Notes under the pieces: model-generated
What the model was told of the DNA's origin: nothing
Databases searched by the model: none
The model's input: the letters and a program-made list of their open reading frames with translations, nothing else
Origin: Monocercomonoides exilis PA203
Lineage: Eukaryota; Protista; Preaxostyla
Assembly: GCA_001643675.2 (NCBI GenBank)
Contig: LSRY02000039.1
Span: forward strand, 372,001-436,000
Length of the DNA: 64,000 nucleotides
Direction of reading: 5' to 3'
Translations under genes and position numbers: made by a program
Shown here: piece by piece, positions 61,267-64,000 of the stretch
How positions within the stretch are numbered: position 1 is the stretch's first letter
Layout of the letters: every line of letters begins with the position of its first letter

Positions 61267-64000
61267 TTAACGAAGAAGGAAAAGAGGAGCAGTCAAAAAT
61301 GAAGAAATGAATACAAGAGCAACTCTGGAATTCTTTGATGCTACAATAGGGCGTATTGCTTGTTGAGGTTCAAATAAATCATAAGTCGAAGAAGTTGGTA
61401 AAGAAAGGCCACTCAAAGACTTGGGAGGATACTCAAAAGCTGAAAGTTGTGTTTCCGAAGATGGTGAAGGAGAAGATTGCTCCTTTATTATAGTTTTAAT
61501 GATTTCTCTATTGTGCATTGAAATAGCCAGGGCATCTCTCACAACATTCATGAAAAACAGATGATGTTTTTCATGAATGTTGTGAGATGAAATGATATTC
61601 TGAGCATTTGCTGTTGAAGAGATCCATTCTTGTGCGTTGACCATCCAATTGACATCCAACTCATTGTTATTAACCTGTTTGAGTTGATTCAAATAAGTCA
61701 TTCCACTCGCCTTTGACAAGGAATCTGCTTCATCTCCTTCTTTCTGATCAAAAGATGCTTTTTCGTTTCCTAAGACCAACAGACACCAACTCATTGCCTC
61801 AGTAAACGAGTCCTCTGCAGCAGACAAAGTCGAATTTTGAATGTTTTCTTCAACTGAATTCAAAAACTGATTCAAACAAAGTCGACGGAATCGATTCTCA
61901 AATGTCAGCTTGAGATTCAAAAGAGGAGGTTTTGGTGTAAGATATGAAAAATGAGAAGAATGTGAATTTGAAGCTTCGCTTTTAGCTTTTGTTTCTTCGT
62001 CTATTTTGAAAAGAGAAGAAAGAAACTGCATTGTTCCTTTTGACAGCCAATAATGAATTCTGCGGATTATCAAAATTGGCGAGGCAAACACTGAAATAGA
62101 AGGAGAAGATGACGAAGAAGATTCGGTTGAAGCATTCTCCAGAGCAGATTGAGTATTTTGAGTCGAAATACAATTCGGAAGGAGAGGTGTAAGCAAAGGC
62201 AGAGGATGGAAAGGATGCATTTCTTCTTCTTGTTTCGAAAACAAACAATAAGCTCGAAGAGGATCCTTTTCATTGTTCACAACTTCATTTCCATTGTTTA
62301 TCTTAGTTTGAGTCAAAGTTTCCTTTTCTGTCGATTGATCTGCTTTTTCTTCTTTTTCTTCTGTTTGTTTAGCATTTAGCGGTTCTGGCTTAATCTCTGT
62401 GTTCTTTTGTGCCTCTTCAATTCTCTCAATCGAATTCTGCTCCTTCTTTTCTTCATCTTCCTTTCCATCTTTTGAAGTCTGTTTTTGATGTGCTTTTTCT
62501 GTCTTTTCATTTCTTTTCTGCTTCTTTTTCTCTTTTTCAGCTGACTTTTTCGAATTTGACGACGAAGACGACAAAGAAGAAGAAGGCGGAGGAGGGAAGT
62601 CCAATTCATTAACTGCATTTTCACTTGTCACTTCTGGGCATAGAATTCTTCCTTTGTTCAGGTCTTCTTCTATTTCTTCTCTCAGCCATTCTTCGTCTTC
62701 TTTTGTTCTGTTTATAAGCTCTTGATCAACAGCATCTTCGTCACAATCCTCAACTTCTTTTGCTTTTGAAATGGATCCATCGATTTCTGCTCTCAAAGTG
62801 TGCAATTGATAATACAACCCTTTCCCTTTTGCTTGCATCCTTCTTTCCTCTTCTTCTTCTTCTCTTGTCAGCATCGCAATCAGGCAGCAGATGAAAGGCA
62901 GTTCCCACAGCGAAAAGAGAGATTGGCTGCTTAAAAGAGAAAGACACCGCAGCTGCAGAGAAACAGCTGTGTAAAGAAGACGGTGGCGAAGAGGTCGAAG
63001 CAGAGAGAGAGGAGGAAGCATGAAATGAGAGGAAGAGGAAGAGGAACAGGAGGAAGAAGGAGAAGAAGATGTTGCTGTTAATGATGATGGTTCAGTTGAA
63101 GATGAAGCATGTGTGCTTTCATCATCTTGCGATGCCAAAAAGTTCATAAAGGATGGAATTATCTGCTCCATCTCTTCCTCTTTTGAATGATCGTTTTTAT
63201 TTTCCTTTCTTTTCGCCTTCTTCTTCCCTCCTTTCTGACTTCCCTTTCCGCTCTCCTTCCCACTTTCACCCGCCTTCGAAGAAGCAGCATACAGCATTGG
63301 CAGCTCCTTCATTCTTCTCTCCTTCTCTTCTTTCTCTCTCCTCTCAATCTCCTCTTCCACCATCGTCAGACCTTTCCCTATCACCCTCAGCACTTGCTTC
63401 GTTCTCCTTCTGAACTCTGTCTTTTGATAGAGCAAAGTGCAAACATCGCCTGCTGTCAGCTCCTGCGAAGAAAGCAGCACTTTCAGCACAGTCTGATCGA
63501 GAAACTGAGACTGGAGGAGTGGCTTTTCAGAAGGGATGATGAAGGTTGAGAGAAGCTCGGGGGTAAATGGTGATGATGTGAAAGGCAATTTGATGGAAAG
63601 TGCTGAGGAAGAAGAGGAAGAGGACGATGATGATGATGAAAGATTTGAACTGTTTTGCGCTTTCTTTTTGGGGTTCTTGGGTTTTGCAGCATTTTGCTGT
63701 GTTTTCTCGGAATCTGCCAGAATTTCTGGCTCAACAACATTCTGAGCATCATTTTCTTCCTTTCTTTTCCCTTCTTCTTCCTCTTCCTTCTTTTTCCTCT
63801 TCTCTTCTTCCATCTCCTCTGCTCCCTTCATCGCCCTCCTCACCCACTCTCTCCTCTTCCCCCACATCCTCCTCACGAGCACTTTCGCCATTGTGTTCAT
63901 TGCCATAGCCGTTTCTGCTTCGACCAGCTGCGACAGCACTTTGCCCATGGCTTCCGTGAGCTTGATGAGCGTGTCTGCTTCTGGGTTCATTCCGTACTGG
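61267..64000 (-). CDS. NAA35: NatC auxiliary subunit NAA35/Mak10-like protein, C-terminal part (5'-truncated)
   Basis: The frame stays open to the window end. Collinear resemblance to the Mak10/NAA35 C-terminal half: LSSQSLFSLWELPFICCLI (cf. GFELELYxxxEyxyxYWYL), PKPP..LTFENRFRRL (cf. RYEHRFAPF), SAAEDSFTEA, and a terminal VFISSFLTAPLFLL. Divergent and recognised by eye. Confidence 0.55.
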   Translation of the reverse strand, partial: QYGMNPEADTLIKLTEAMGKVLSQLVEAETAMAMNTMAKVLVRRMWGKRREWVRRAMKGAEEMEEEKRKKKEEEEEGKRKEENDAQNVVEPEILADSEKTQQNAAKPKNPKKKAQNSSNLSSSSSSSSSSSSALSIKLPFTSSPFTPELLSTFIIPSEKPLLQSQFLDQTVLKVLLSSQELTAGDVCTLLYQKTEFRRRTKQVLRVIGKGLTMVEEEIERREKEEKERRMKELPMLYAASSKAGESGKESGKGSQKGGKKKAKRKENKNDHSKEEEMEQIIPSFMNFLASQDDESTHASSSTEPSSLTATSSSPSSSCSSSSSSHFMLPPLSLLRPLRHRLLYTAVSLQLRCLSLLSSQSLFSLWELPFICCLIAMLTREEEEEERRMQAKGKGLYYQLHTLRAEIDGSISKAKEVEDCDEDAVDQELINRTKEDEEWLREEIEEDLNKGRILCPEVTSENAVNELDFPPPPSSSLSSSSSNSKKSAEKEKKKQKRNEKTEKAHQKQTSKDGKEDEEKKEQNSIERIEEAQKNTEIKPEPLNAKQTEEKEEKADQSTEKETLTQTKINNGNEVVNNEKDPLRAYCLFSKQEEEMHPFHPLPLLTPLLPNCISTQNTQSALENASTESSSSSSPSISVFASPILIIRRIHYWLSKGTMQFLSSLFKIDEETKAKSEASNSHSSHFSYLTPKPPLLNLKLTFENRFRRLCLNQFLNSVEENIQNSTLSAAEDSFTEAMSWCLLVLGNEKASFDQKEGDEADSLSKASGMTYLNQLKQVNNNELDVNWMVNAQEWISSTANAQNIISSHNIHEKHHLFFMNVVRDALAISMHNREIIKTIIKEQSSPSPSSETQLSAFEYPPKSLSGLSLPTSSTYDLFEPQQAIRPIVASKNSRVALVFISSFLTAPLFLLR

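Noticed and set aside
1-64000. Alternative genetic code (TAA/TAG read as Gln, as in some oxymonads and diplomonads)
   Set aside because: The very long ORFs contain no in-frame TAA/TAG, and TAA ends genes at homologous C-termini (UGGT KKEL*, the ATG27-like gene).
1-64000. CRISPR arrays, prokaryotic operons or defence systems, rRNA/tRNA, telomeric repeats, intact transposase or reverse transcriptase
   Set aside because: I saw no repeat-spacer pattern, RNA-gene signature or catalytic motif by eye, and the DNA is intron-containing eukaryotic sequence. tRNAscan or Infernal would be needed to fully exclude small RNAs.

Overview
AT-rich, intron-containing eukaryotic genomic DNA in the standard genetic code. 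The gene families, short GT-AG introns with GTTTG-type donors, and S-rich and E/K-rich low-complexity proteins strongly resemble the oxymonad Monocercomonoides (taxonomic call is inference). Left to right: (1) the 3' end of a Q/P-rich gene; (2) degenerate intergenic debris; (3) two convergent 3-exon paralogues of a lineage-specific helical protein family; (4) a 3-exon DPY-30-motif gene missing from the ORF track; (5) an ATG27/CD-M6PR-like receptor; (6) a single-exon 3289-aa beta-helix/Pmp-like surface receptor with a cytosolic pseudokinase; (7) two adjacent foldback (MITE-like) elements; (8) a UGGT homologue whose catalytic motifs are degenerate, 40 bp head-to-head with (9) a giant (~9,140 aa) ConA-PH-BEACH-WD40-FYVE (ALFY/WDFY3-like) gene; and (10) a 5'-truncated NAA35/Mak10-like gene. 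I found no rRNA, tRNA, CRISPR array or intact transposase. The best leads are the pseudo-UGGT, the receptor-pseudokinase, a quasi-periodic strand-symmetric base-composition wave that shapes protein sequence, the 40-bp bidirectional spacer and the foldback pair. All family calls are motif recognition by eye, not database searches.
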